NCBI GenBank assembly: GCA_043811535.1 | Contig: JBDRNC010000038.1 | Span: 1 to 64,000, forward strand | Reading direction: 5' to 3' | Source: Elusimicrobiota bacterium | GTDB taxonomy: Bacteria; Elusimicrobiota; Endomicrobiia; Endomicrobiales; JBDRNC01 | Length of the DNA: 64,000 bases | Part shown: positions 37,414-46,953 of the stretch, in pieces | How positions within the stretch are numbered: the stretch's first letter is position 1 | How the letters are laid out: each line of letters opens with the position of its first letter | Made by a program: the position numbers and the translations under genes | The notes under the pieces: model-generated | The model's database searches: none | What the model was told of the DNA's origin: nothing | Seen by the model: the letters and a program-made list of their open reading frames with translations, nothing else

Positions 37414-39483
37414 ATGGACTCAAAAAAGCCGGACCAGAAAGACGACGGCATCAGCAAGTTCATGAAGGACCACGCCTATCTTGCCTCCCCTGAAGTTACC
37501 AGCCAGTTAAGCATTGAAAAAGCGCTAAAGGAATCCGAAGAAAAATTCCGCCTGTTCGCCGAAGAATCCCCCAGTATGATATTCATCAATAAGGGCGGCA
37601 AGGTGATTTATGCCAACAAAAAATGCGAGGAAATAATCGGCTACACCAGAGATGAATTCTATTCGCCGTCATTTGACCACAAGGTTCTATACGTCCCGGA
37701 TTCGGAAGAAATTGTAGAACAGGCATGGCAGCAGCACATGAAAGGCATCGATATTCCTCCCTATGAATACAGATTAAAAAAGAAGAACGGGGCAATAGTC
37801 GAAGCCATAATAACGACAAAGCTGATTGATTTCGGGGGCGGGCGGGCGGTACTGGGCATAATCACTGACATAAGCAAGCAGAAGGTCGTGGAAAGGGCCC
37901 TGCGGGACTCCGAGTCTACTTACCGTACGACGATAAACTCGCTCGGCGATGTGATACACATGGTTGACAGGGACCTGAAGGTCGTGCTGTTCAACCAGCC
38001 CTTCATTGAATGGCATAAGCGGCTTAAACTTCCGCTGGATGTACTCGGAAAGAAACTGTCCGAGATATACCCGTTCCTCAAACAGTATGTTTTCAAGGAG
38101 TATGAGGAAATATTCCGCACTGGTAAAACGATGATAACAGCCGAGTCTAACAAGATAGGCAGCAGGCAGGTCTATACGGAAACAAGGAAGATTCCCATAA
38201 TAGAGAACGGCAAAGTCGTGGAAGTCATCACTGTCCTGAGGGACATATCCGAGGCGAAGCTGAAAGAGAAACAGCTTGAGACCTTGAACGAGGAACTCCT
38301 CAAGTCCAATATCAAGCTCAAGGAACTCTCGCTGCTGGACGCGCATACCGGCCTCTATAACCACCGGTACCTGGGCGAGATGCTCAAGGCGGAGCTGGCA
38401 AGGTCTAAGCGGGAGGATTCGCCCCTTTCGCTTATCAAAATGGACGTGGACTATTTCAAGAGCGTCAACGACGTTTACGGGCATCAATTCGGGGATGTTG
38501 TGCTGAAACAGCTCGCGCATAAGATTAAAAACCTGGTCAGGAAATATAACATAGTTGTCCGTTACGGCGGCGAGGAGTTCATGGTGCTGTCCCCGAATAC
38601 GGACAGGCACGAGGCGATGAACCTTGGGCAGAGAATAATCGATTCCGTCAATGTCACTTCTTTCGGCACAAAGACGAATTCCGTGAAACTGCGCGTGAGC
38701 GTTGCCGTGGCGTCTTATCCGGAAGATAAAGTCATCAACTCCGCGGATATGGTAGAAATTGTGGACCATTGCATAAACAAGTCCAAGGAACTCGGAGGGA
38801 ACAGGCTGTGTTCATCGCAGGACCTTGGAGCTGAAAGGAAAACGAAAAAATCCGGTCGCGAACAAAAGACAGACATGAAATACATGAAGGAAAAGATAGA
38901 CAAGCTGACAACGAGAGCCAACCAGAGCCTGATAGAGTCAATATTCGCGTTCGCCAAAACGATAGAGCTTAAGGACCACTATACCGGCGAGCACGTAGAA
39001 AAGACCGTTCAGTTCGCGACGGATATAGGGAAGGCCATCGGATTGCCCAAAGAACAGATAGGCCTCATCAAACAGGCCGCCATACTTCACGATCTCGGCA
39101 AGGTAGGCATACCCGAGAAGATACTGCTAAAAAGATCAAAACTGACCCTTAAAGAATTCAAGGAGATCAAGACGCACCCGATGATAGGAGCCGACATAAT
39201 CAGGCCCATCCATCTTCTGCATGATATTCTGCCGTACATAATGTACCATCATGAGAGGTGGGACGGAAAGGGATATCCCATCGGCCTTAAAGGGGAAGAG
39301 ATACCTATCGGCGCGAGGGTAATATCGCTCGCCGACGCGTTCCAGGCGCTGACGTCCAGAAGGCCGTACAGAAAGGCGTATACAAAAAGCCAGGCGATCA
39401 AAATAATAAAAAACGCGGCCGGTACGCAATTTGACCCGGCGATAGTCAGCGCGTTCCTGAAAGTAATGAAAAACGGTTCTTGA
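37414..39483 (+). CDS. PAS-PAS-GGDEF-HD-GYP diguanylate cyclase/phosphodiesterase
   Basis: Two PAS/PAC domains, DAHTGLYN, DVDYFKSVND.YGH, RYGGEEF, LHDLGK, HHERWDGKGYP. Confidence 0.93.
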   Translation: MDSKKPDQKDDGISKFMKDHAYLASPEVTSQLSIEKALKESEEKFRLFAEESPSMIFINKGGKVIYANKKCEEIIGYTRDEFYSPSFDHKVLYVPDSEEIVEQAWQQHMKGIDIPPYEYRLKKKNGAIVEAIITTKLIDFGGGRAVLGIITDISKQKVVERALRDSESTYRTTINSLGDVIHMVDRDLKVVLFNQPFIEWHKRLKLPLDVLGKKLSEIYPFLKQYVFKEYEEIFRTGKTMITAESNKIGSRQVYTETRKIPIIENGKVVEVITVLRDISEAKLKEKQLETLNEELLKSNIKLKELSLLDAHTGLYNHRYLGEMLKAELARSKREDSPLSLIKMDVDYFKSVNDVYGHQFGDVVLKQLAHKIKNLVRKYNIVVRYGGEEFMVLSPNTDRHEAMNLGQRIIDSVNVTSFGTKTNSVKLRVSVAVASYPEDKVINSADMVEIVDHCINKSKELGGNRLCSSQDLGAERKTKKSGREQKTDMKYMKEKIDKLTTRANQSLIESIFAFAKTIELKDHYTGEHVEKTVQFATDIGKAIGLPKEQIGLIKQAAILHDLGKVGIPEKILLKRSKLTLKEFKEIKTHPMIGADIIRPIHLLHDILPYIMYHHERWDGKGYPIGLKGEEIPIGARVISLADAFQALTSRRPYRKAYTKSQAIKIIKNAAGTQFDPAIVSAFLKVMKNGS

Positions 39484-39561
39484 GAATTTGATTTAAAGGG
39501 TTGTTTTAGGTAAAATCATACAGCGGACATCAGTTCCGCTGTTTTTGTTTGTAGGAAATAC

Positions 39562-39712
39562 TTGTCGTCATTGCGAGCCCGCAGGCGACTTCCATAATTT
39601 AACTCAATGGAGTCCCGATGAAGTCGGGATACGAAGCAATCCCAGGGCAACAAACATAACGGCAAATCCCCCTCTTTCCCCCTTTCGTAAAGGGGGAATA
39701 AAAAGGGGATTT
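39562..39712. repeat. cluster of REP-like palindromic repeats
   Basis: GTCATTGCGAG...GAAGCAATC with inserted hairpin TCCCGATGAAGTCGGGA; AATCCCCCT..TCCCCCTTT-CGT-AAAGGGGGA..AGGGGATT. Confidence 0.55.
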
Positions 39713-39787
39713 TGTAAACAAGATTCTTTGCCTGAAATAGCGGCTCAGAATTACAGCCTCAAAGACAAATAGGGATTAGGGATAAGA

Positions 39788-40867
39788 ATGGATAATAAAA
39801 CCAAAATATTTTGCTTAACGGGATTAATTTTTTGTTTGTTATCAAACGGGTTGCTGGCTGCCGGTAAGCAACAGGCGAACGCCGTTTTCCCCATAATATT
39901 TTACACCCCTGAAACAAGGATGTCCCTCGGAGGCATGCTCATTCATTTTTTTGAGGAACAGAACGACGCGAACGACGGTAGGGTCTCAAATTGCAAGGTC
40001 ACGGCGATATTTACGCAGAATTCACAGGTGATACTGCAATTCGCTCCTGAGATATACCTGAAAGACACCGGATACGTTGTTGATTTTCAGGCGAATTACT
40101 TGGATTATCCCGCGCAGTTTTACGGAATAGGAAGAGATACTCCGGAAACCGACGTTGAAAATTATACGCGAAAAGACCCGATGTTTGACGCAAAAATCCG
40201 TAAATTGATAGGCGGACATTATAGCGCAGGAATCATATATCAATACCGTGAATTTAATGTATCGGACATTAAAGCAGGAGGATTGCTTGACTCGAAAACA
40301 ATTTCCGGAAGCACCGGAGGCGTTAGTTCCGCCGCGGGCCTGCAGCTTATGTATGATTCCCGCGACAACGTGTTTCTTCCCACGCGCGGGGCGTTCTGCG
40401 CTTTGACCGCGGGCCATGCCGGAAAAGATTTCGGAGGCGAATTCAATTACGAGAGATACATTCTTGACTGCCGAAGGTATTATTACCTGCTCAGGCCCAA
40501 CGTGCTGGCTCTGCAGTTCTATTTCGACATGGTAAACGGCGCGATCCCGTTCCAGGAAAGCCCCGCGATAGGCGGAGTAAACTTCATGCGCGGTTATTAC
40601 GACGGCAGGTTCAGGGATAACTGCCTTGCGCTGTTTCAGGCTGAATACCGCGTGCCCGTCCACCGGCTAATCTCGCTTACATTTTTTGGAGGCGCCGCGG
40701 ACGTTGAAAGCGATATCAACGAATTCAGGGCGGACAGGGCTAAGTATTCCGCAGGTTTCGGCACAAGATTTTCGTTGAATACCGAGAAGAAAATATGCGT
40801 GAGGACGGATATAGGGTTCGGCGAGAATTCATCCGGATTCTACGTGACGATGTTCGAGGCCTTCTGA
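39788..40867 (+). CDS. BamA/TamA (Omp85) family beta-barrel, no POTRA domains
   Basis: PIIFYTPET, YDSRDNVFLPTRG, GGVNFMRGYYDGRFRD, GFGTRF, ends EAF. Confidence 0.82.
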   Translation: MDNKTKIFCLTGLIFCLLSNGLLAAGKQQANAVFPIIFYTPETRMSLGGMLIHFFEEQNDANDGRVSNCKVTAIFTQNSQVILQFAPEIYLKDTGYVVDFQANYLDYPAQFYGIGRDTPETDVENYTRKDPMFDAKIRKLIGGHYSAGIIYQYREFNVSDIKAGGLLDSKTISGSTGGVSSAAGLQLMYDSRDNVFLPTRGAFCALTAGHAGKDFGGEFNYERYILDCRRYYYLLRPNVLALQFYFDMVNGAIPFQESPAIGGVNFMRGYYDGRFRDNCLALFQAEYRVPVHRLISLTFFGGAADVESDINEFRADRAKYSAGFGTRFSLNTEKKICVRTDIGFGENSSGFYVTMFEAF

Positions 40868-40869
40868 AC

Positions 40870-40898
40870 TTGCGCCCCCGTGCATCTTTTGGTATAAT
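40870..40898 (+). promoter_or_regulatory. promoter of the tRNA cluster
   Basis: TTGCGC, 17 bp, TATAAT with TG extension. Confidence 0.55.
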
Positions 40899-40991
40899 AA
40901 CGCGGTAAAATCGCTCTTTTACATGTCTCCGTAGCTTAGGCCGAAGGCCATCCGCCAGGTCACAGTGGCGGGTAAAAGAGCACGAAAAGAT

Positions 40992-41042
40992 GTTTCCGTA
41001 GCTCAATTGGATAGAGCACCCCGATTATATCGGGGGGGTTGC
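40992..41042 (+). pseudogene. 5' half tRNA relic
   Basis: GTTTCCG plus a D-arm identical to the adjacent tRNA-Arg (TAGCTCAATTGGATAGAGCACC); no T-arm. Confidence 0.55.
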
Positions 41043-41053
41043 TTCCTTAGGGT

Positions 41054-41127
41054 GCCCTCATAGCTCAATTGGATAGAGCACCTGCCTTCTAAGCAGGTTG
41101 CTGCAGGTTCGATTCCTGCTGAGGGCG
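41054..41127 (+). tRNA. tRNA-Arg(TCT)
   Basis: Cloverleaf: GCCCTCA/TGAGGGC acceptor, CCTGC-CTTCTAA-GCAGG anticodon arm, GGTTCGATTCC T-arm; CCA not encoded. Confidence 0.95.
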
Positions 41128-41166
41128 GTTTAAACAAGTCACGCCGGAGACGATTTTTTTAAATAC

Positions 41167-41239
41167 AGTATCTAGTATCTGGCAGTTAGTATCTAGTAAA
41201 GTCTTCAACTAGATACCAGATACTAGCCACTAGATACTG
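41167..41239. repeat. palindromic 7-mer tandem repeat (TAGTATC / GATACTA) between the tRNAs
   Basis: CAGTATCTAGTATCTGG...CTAGATACCAGATACTAGCCACTAGATACTG. Confidence 0.8.
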
Positions 41240-41248
41240 AAGTTAAGT

Positions 41249-41324
41249 GGTGGTTATAGTGTAACGGTTAGCACGAGGGACTGTGGCTCCCTTAGTACGG
41301 GTTCAAATCCCGTTAGCCACCCCA
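41249..41324 (+). tRNA. tRNA-His(GTG)
   Basis: G-1, GTGGTTA/TAGCCAC acceptor, AGGGA-CTGTGGC-TCCCT anticodon arm, GGTTCAAATCC, C discriminator plus CCA. Confidence 0.95.
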
Positions 41325-41441
41325 CGTCTTAAAATACAATGAAATATCAATGTGAAACACAATTTAATGCAGGTACACCCCTAAGGAGACATAAATCGCA
41401 TTTTCTGACGGAAACAACAGGTTTGAACCTGTTGTTTTTTT
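41319..41441 (+). repeat. junction 0: spacer, right arm and terminator after tRNA-His
   Basis: GAAATATCAATGTGAAACACAATTTAATGCAGG..ACCCCTAAGG and AACAACAGGTTYGAACCTGTTGTTTTTT shared with 50203-50303. Confidence 0.8.
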
Positions 41442-41480
41442 ATTTGACGTATGCGCAAAAAATAGTATAATAACACGAAC

Positions 41481-42152
41481 ATGAATAAACTTATAATTGT
41501 GGTAGACGATGAAAAAGACATACTTGACCTGGTGCTGATCAATCTCAAGAAAGCCGGTTTCGATGTTAAGGGCTTCGGCGAGGGAAGGTCTCTTTTCAAG
41601 TTTCTGAAGAACAGGATTCCTGATCTGATTATTCTCGACCTTATGCTGCCCGATATGGACGGATTTGAAATATGCAGGCAGTTAAAAAAGGACGGGAAAT
41701 TATCGCGCATCCCGGTGATAATGCTTACCGCCAAAACCGATGAGTCCGATAAAATAGTGGGACTTGAACTCGGGGCTGATGATTATGTCACAAAGCCGTT
41801 TTCGGTTAAGGAACTCATGGCCCGTGTTAAAGCAGTTCTGAGAAGGTTTGAAGCTAAAAAAAGTTCTGGCAGCAAGAACCTGCTTGAAATAGACCCCGAG
41901 AAATATGAAGTGCGCGTAGATGGAAACCTCATTTCATTGACTACAACTGAATTTAAGCTGTTATCTTTCCTTCATTCGAAAAAGGGAAAGGTATATGGCC
42001 GTGAAGAATTAATGAACAATATTTGGAGTGAAGATAAGATCATTTGCGACCGGACCATAGACGTGCATATCAAAAATATAAGAGAAAAACTTGGAAAAGC
42101 TGCTAGTTTGATAAAGAATGTCAGGGGTGTCGGATATAAAATGGAAAGCTAA
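41481..42152 (+). CDS. phoB: PhoB/PhoP OmpR-family response regulator
   Basis: VVDDE, LDLMLP, GADDYVTKPF, RTIDVHI, VRGVGY; upstream of phoR and pst. Confidence 0.88.
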   Translation: MNKLIIVVDDEKDILDLVLINLKKAGFDVKGFGEGRSLFKFLKNRIPDLIILDLMLPDMDGFEICRQLKKDGKLSRIPVIMLTAKTDESDKIVGLELGADDYVTKPFSVKELMARVKAVLRRFEAKKSSGSKNLLEIDPEKYEVRVDGNLISLTTTEFKLLSFLHSKKGKVYGREELMNNIWSEDKIICDRTIDVHIKNIREKLGKAASLIKNVRGVGYKMES

Positions 42153-43880
42153 ATGAAAAGGACAATATTTCTTAAAACATTTACCGGATATCTTCTTATA
42201 GCATTAGGTTTATCTGTCCTGGTGCTGTTTTTTTCTTACAGAACCATCAAACAAAGTTATATAAGTACTTTTAGGAGTGAACTTAGTGACCTTTGCAACG
42301 CGGTAAGCCCGTACACGATCTCATATATTAAATCTGGAAATGTGCGCGGTTTAGACCAGTTCATTAAGAAACTTGAGGTGCAAACGCATAAAAGAATTAC
42401 CGTGATCGATATGAAGGGCATTGTCATCGCGGATTCCGAAAACGACCCGAAAACCATGGTAAATCATAAGGACCGCCCAGAGGTTCAGCGGGCTATGGAT
42501 GGGAATACCGGGGTATCGTTGCGATACAGTTCAACGGTAAAAGAAGATATGATGTATCTGGCAATACCTTTACAAGATGGCGGAAGGCGCATCGGAATAT
42601 TGCGGTCAAGTTTGTTCTTAAAAGATATAAAGACCTTGCTGAGCACGATAATGGCTCAAATAGCGGGTATTACCGCAATCATAATGATTATAGCGCTATT
42701 TTTCGCCTTTTTATTCTCGAGAGACGTGTCTGTTTCAATTAACAAGATAAAGAGCGTTTCGGAGAAAATCGCATCGGGAGATTTTGGCGCAAGGGTTACG
42801 CTTAATAGTGGAGACGAATTGGACGATCTGGCTGTTAATTTTAATCAGATGGCCGGCAAGATAGGCTCACTTTTTCGCGAACTGTCCGGCAAGAAAGACG
42901 AGTTGAACGCGATAATAAGTGCGATAACGGAAGGCATGTTTGTAATTGATTCAGAAGATAAAATCAGCTTAAGCAACAGAAGTTTTCAGGGAATCGCGGA
43001 AAGTGAAGAGGTCAATGGGAAATACTACTGGGAAGTTATAAGGACACAGAGCTTGAAAGCGATGATAGAGCAGGCTAAAAATGAAAGAAAACCGGTTTTT
43101 ACCGATATCGAACTCTCCGGGGGGGTATACGCTTCAAGTGCTGTCCCTATTCCAGGAGGGGACACCTATATAGTAGTTATGCATGACATCACGCAGATCA
43201 AAGATATGGAAAAGAAGAAACGGGAGTTTGTGGCAAATGTGTCGCACGAGCTTAGGACTCCTCTTACCGCGATCAAGGGTTTTGCCGAAACACTTGAGGA
43301 TGAGATGTCCGGTGATGGAAAACGATATGTGGATATAATACAAAAACATTCGGAAAGGCTGATAAATATCGTTGAAGACCTGCTTCTGTTATCTAAAATC
43401 GAAGAAACAGGCTACAAATTGGAAATGCAGGCAACAGACTTGAAGGCTCTCCTGGAATCTTCGCTTAAGATGTTTGAAAAAAGGGTCCTGGATAAGAATA
43501 TTTCAATAAAACTGGATATTCAGGATAATATTCACCTAATAAACGCCGACCAATTCAAGCTTGAGCAGGTACTTGTCAATCTCGTCGACAATGCCATTAA
43601 GTATACGGAAAATGGCGGTATTGCTGTATCTTTAAAGCAGGACAGCAAACAGACAGTTATTTCTGTATCTGACTCGGGTATAGGGATTTCTAAAGAAGAT
43701 ATACCGCATATATTTGAACGTTTTTATGTCGCAGATAAATCCAGGTCAAGAAAGGCAGGTGGTACCGGTCTGGGTCTTTCGATAGTCAAACACATAGTTA
43801 TGCTGCACAACGGTTCAATAGATGTTGACAGCACCTTTGGATCCGGCACAACAGTTACTATTTGTTTACCGCGCGCTTAA
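42153..43880 (+). CDS. phoR: PhoR sensor histidine kinase (2 TM, HAMP, PAS)
   Basis: NHKDRPEV, FVANVSHELRTPLT, NLVDNAIKYT, FERFYVADKSRSR..GGTGLGL. Confidence 0.9.
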   Translation: MKRTIFLKTFTGYLLIALGLSVLVLFFSYRTIKQSYISTFRSELSDLCNAVSPYTISYIKSGNVRGLDQFIKKLEVQTHKRITVIDMKGIVIADSENDPKTMVNHKDRPEVQRAMDGNTGVSLRYSSTVKEDMMYLAIPLQDGGRRIGILRSSLFLKDIKTLLSTIMAQIAGITAIIMIIALFFAFLFSRDVSVSINKIKSVSEKIASGDFGARVTLNSGDELDDLAVNFNQMAGKIGSLFRELSGKKDELNAIISAITEGMFVIDSEDKISLSNRSFQGIAESEEVNGKYYWEVIRTQSLKAMIEQAKNERKPVFTDIELSGGVYASSAVPIPGGDTYIVVMHDITQIKDMEKKKREFVANVSHELRTPLTAIKGFAETLEDEMSGDGKRYVDIIQKHSERLINIVEDLLLLSKIEETGYKLEMQATDLKALLESSLKMFEKRVLDKNISIKLDIQDNIHLINADQFKLEQVLVNLVDNAIKYTENGGIAVSLKQDSKQTVISVSDSGIGISKEDIPHIFERFYVADKSRSRKAGGTGLGLSIVKHIVMLHNGSIDVDSTFGSGTTVTICLPRA

Positions 43881-43925
43881 TATCATACTGCTAAACAACT
43901 GCAACAGTTGCATCCAGTACCTTTC

Positions 43926-43979
43926 TTAACCAAATCTTAACAAATCCTTTATATTCCCTTTACACAAAAGTATTATACT
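43926..43979 (+). promoter_or_regulatory. Pho box: four direct repeats at 11-bp period plus -10
   Basis: TTAACC 43926, TTAACA 43937, TTTATA 43948, TTTACA 43959; TATACT 43974-43979. Confidence 0.8.
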
Positions 43980-44022
43980 TTTGATGAAAGTAAAATATGT
44001 ATGTGTGAAGGAGAATATAATT

Positions 44023-45132
44023 GTGAAGATAAAAATTACAATTCTGTGTCTCATGCTTTTGTCCGGTATTGCTTTTGCAGAGGAGACAGGAGTATTACCG
44101 TCGTGGGTCACAAATTTAACAATGAAAGGTGACTTAAGGCTAAGGCAGCATACGGATTGGGACTCCAGCTTGAACTATTCGAGGTCACGGCAGAGGATGA
44201 GGTTAAGAATCGGCTTTGACACAAAAGCATCAGAGAATATTAAGGCATCCTTTGGCTTGGCTACCGGATCGGAAAAAGTATCAGGCACTTCGGTTGTCGA
44301 TTCTGATCCCACTTCGACCAACCATACCTTCAGTAATGGCTTTGGTAAGGCAATTGTCATGGTGGATTATGCGTACATGGAATACTCTCCTTATGTATGG
44401 GCAAAAATAACCGCCGGTAAAATGAAATCGGGAACTCAGGTATGGCAGGCAACCGATCTAAAATGGGATACTGATATTAATCCCGATGGTTTTGCAGTAG
44501 CCTTAAACAGAAGTGTAAATCAATTTGAGTTGTTTCTAAACGGCAGCTGGTTGATTTTCAACGAACTGAATTCCTCGCAGAATAACCCCGATTCCTATAT
44601 AGTGCAACCGGGAGCTAATGTGAAGATAAACGATAGATACAGCATTAAAGCCGCGGTAGCTTTTGAAAACCTTAATGTGAACGGGAAAAATACCGGCCAT
44701 TACGGAACTCCAGCATTTGATTACATTTGCGTAAATCCCAGTGTGGAATTGACCGTAAGATCTATTCTAAATAGGTACAACTTGTCCGTTTTTACCGATA
44801 TGGTAAACAATACTGATTCAAAGCCCGTGGGCGATAAGAATGCTGTCGCTTATGGGATGAAGTTCGGGGATGAAAAGATACTTAGGTGCGGCGATTGGCA
44901 GGTCAATGTACTAAACAAAAGCGTAGAGGCAAATAGTTGGCTTAACAAGTTAGGCGATTCGGATTATTTTGGCGGCGCAGCTAACATGTCTGGCAATATA
45001 TTAAAGTTGTCTTGCGGGCTTACACAATCAACGTTATTTAATGCGGCATATTACCTCGGGGATGTTATTAAAGGCGCGAGTTCAACAACAGCAAAAAGTC
45101 TGCTGATTTTAGATATCGTGTATAAGTATTAA
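44023..45132 (+). CDS. putative phosphate-regulated outer-membrane porin
   Basis: AAGGAG plus GTG start, signal peptide, LPSWV..KGDLRLR..RQRMRLRIG, DPTSTNHT, WDTDINPDG; terminal YKY. Confidence 0.75.
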   Translation: MKIKITILCLMLLSGIAFAEETGVLPSWVTNLTMKGDLRLRQHTDWDSSLNYSRSRQRMRLRIGFDTKASENIKASFGLATGSEKVSGTSVVDSDPTSTNHTFSNGFGKAIVMVDYAYMEYSPYVWAKITAGKMKSGTQVWQATDLKWDTDINPDGFAVALNRSVNQFELFLNGSWLIFNELNSSQNNPDSYIVQPGANVKINDRYSIKAAVAFENLNVNGKNTGHYGTPAFDYICVNPSVELTVRSILNRYNLSVFTDMVNNTDSKPVGDKNAVAYGMKFGDEKILRCGDWQVNVLNKSVEANSWLNKLGDSDYFGGAANMSGNILKLSCGLTQSTLFNAAYYLGDVIKGASSTTAKSLLILDIVYKY

Positions 45133-45185
45133 TCCGCTATCAAAGAGCTATGTGGGAGCAAAAGAGGGATAGGAGGAAAGTACTC

Positions 45186-46040
45186 ATGAAAAGTAAAGCG
45201 TTGACGTTTGTATTGATTACAGTATTAGGTATATCCGGTTGTGTCGGGCAAAGGCAGGGCAATTCCATCACGATCAAAGGCTCGGATACCATGGTCATTT
45301 TGGGTCAAAGGTGGGCGGAAATATATATGAAGATAAATCCGGGCAATATCGTCCAGGTAACCGGTGGCGGTTCGGGCACCGGGATAGCGGCATTGATAAA
45401 CGGCGGTACGGATATTTGCCAGGCCTCACGCCCGATAAAGGAAGAGGAAATTAAACTGGTCCTGGCAAAACGCGGCAAGGCGACCAGGGAAATACCCGTT
45501 GCTCAGGACGGTATAGCCATATATGTCAACGATCAGAATCCTCTTAAAAGCCTGACCGTAGCTCAATTAAAGAAGATATATCAGGGGAAAATAAAGAATT
45601 GGACAGAACTCGGTTGGGATAATAAAGAGATAGTGATATACGGTAGAGAGAATAATTCCGGTACATATATGTATTTCAAGGAACATGTGCTTGCGGGCGA
45701 AGATTTTGTAAGCAATGTCCAGTCATTGCCCGGGACAGCGGCTGTGGTCAACGGCATTTCTAAAGACAAGTATTCGATCGGGTATGGCGGCATGGCCTAT
45801 GCAAAGGGAATTAAAGAGGTATCTGTGAAGAAAGATGAGAATTCTCCCGCGATGAAGCCGTCTATTGAAAATATAGTAGCGGGAACATATCCGATAAGCA
45901 GGAAACTGTTCTTTTATGTAGTAGGAGAACCCAAACCAAGTGTGAATGCCTTTATTGACTGGGTTTTGAGCAGCGAGGGCCAGAAGATCTGTGAAGAAGT
46001 AGGGTATGTAGGAATAAAGCATGAAAAATCTAAAAAATAG
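45186..46040 (+). CDS. pstS: phosphate ABC transporter substrate-binding lipoprotein
   Basis: Lipobox ISGC, KGSDTM, GGGSGTGIAALING, RENNSGTY. Confidence 0.93.
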   Translation: MKSKALTFVLITVLGISGCVGQRQGNSITIKGSDTMVILGQRWAEIYMKINPGNIVQVTGGGSGTGIAALINGGTDICQASRPIKEEEIKLVLAKRGKATREIPVAQDGIAIYVNDQNPLKSLTVAQLKKIYQGKIKNWTELGWDNKEIVIYGRENNSGTYMYFKEHVLAGEDFVSNVQSLPGTAAVVNGISKDKYSIGYGGMAYAKGIKEVSVKKDENSPAMKPSIENIVAGTYPISRKLFFYVVGEPKPSVNAFIDWVLSSEGQKICEEVGYVGIKHEKSKK

Positions 46041-46953
46041 TTTCTTCGAAATCTGTATCAAATTAAGCGCTTTCACGGTTATAGGCACGCTTATACTTAT
46101 ATTCGTGTTTATTGCCAAGGAATCGCTGCCTATATTCTTGTCTCCGGAACTGCATAAAGAGACTGGCCTGCTGAGGATGTTTCTGCCTCAGGATTACCAT
46201 ACAGGCGCGGGCATGGAATTTGTCTGGCAACCCATTTCAAATATACCAAAATATTCCATTATCGTGCTTTTACTGGGTACCCTGAAGGTTACTTTCGTGG
46301 CCATGTTTTTTGCGGTGCCGCTTTCAATTGCGGCCGCGATATATACAAGCGAGTTCGCTCCTGAAAGCATCCGCGAGTTCATCAAGCCTGTTATTGAGAT
46401 ATTGGCCGGGTTTCCTTCCGTAGTACTCGGCTTTTTTGCGTTGATGGTGCTTGCAAGCTGGCTACAGGGGCTGTTCGGGTGGACTTTCAGGCTGAATGCT
46501 ATTACCGCCGGGATCGCAATGGGGCTGGCTGTAATCCCGATCATTTACACAATTACCGAAGATTCGTTGAATGCGGTACCGAAGCTGTACAGGGACGGCG
46601 CGCTGGCTTTAGGCGCCGATAAGTGGCAGACCGCGTACAGGGTGGTACTGCCGGCGGCTTTTCCAGGGATATTTGCGGCCTGTGTACTCGGATTGGGAAG
46701 AGCCATAGGCGAAACAATGATAGTTCTTATGGCCAGTGGTAATGCGGCTATCATGACGGGAGATCTGTTCCAGTCCTTGAGGACGCTCTCCGCTTCAATT
46801 GCGGCCGAACTCGCCGAAGTTGTGGTGGGAAGCACCCACTATAGCGTTCTTTTCTTTATAGGCACATTCCTGTTCATAGTGACATTTATAGTCAATTTGT
46901 TCGGATACTGGTTTGTCAACAGGTTAAAAGGGAAACTGGAGGGAAAGATATGA
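46021..46953 (+). CDS. pstC: phosphate ABC transporter permease
   Basis: KPVIEILAGFPSVVLGFF, LGRAIGETMIVLMASGN. Confidence 0.93.
   Translation: MKNLKNSFFEICIKLSAFTVIGTLILIFVFIAKESLPIFLSPELHKETGLLRMFLPQDYHTGAGMEFVWQPISNIPKYSIIVLLLGTLKVTFVAMFFAVPLSIAAAIYTSEFAPESIREFIKPVIEILAGFPSVVLGFFALMVLASWLQGLFGWTFRLNAITAGIAMGLAVIPIIYTITEDSLNAVPKLYRDGALALGADKWQTAYRVVLPAAFPGIFAACVLGLGRAIGETMIVLMASGNAAIMTGDLFQSLRTLSASIAAELAEVVVGSTHYSVLFFIGTFLFIVTFIVNLFGYWFVNRLKGKLEGKI

Noticed and set aside
40992..41042. Functional tRNA with TAT anticodon (CCCCG-ATTATAT-CGGGG)
   Set aside because: No T-arm or adjacent 3' acceptor strand; the hairpin resembles the small REP-like palindromes seen elsewhere
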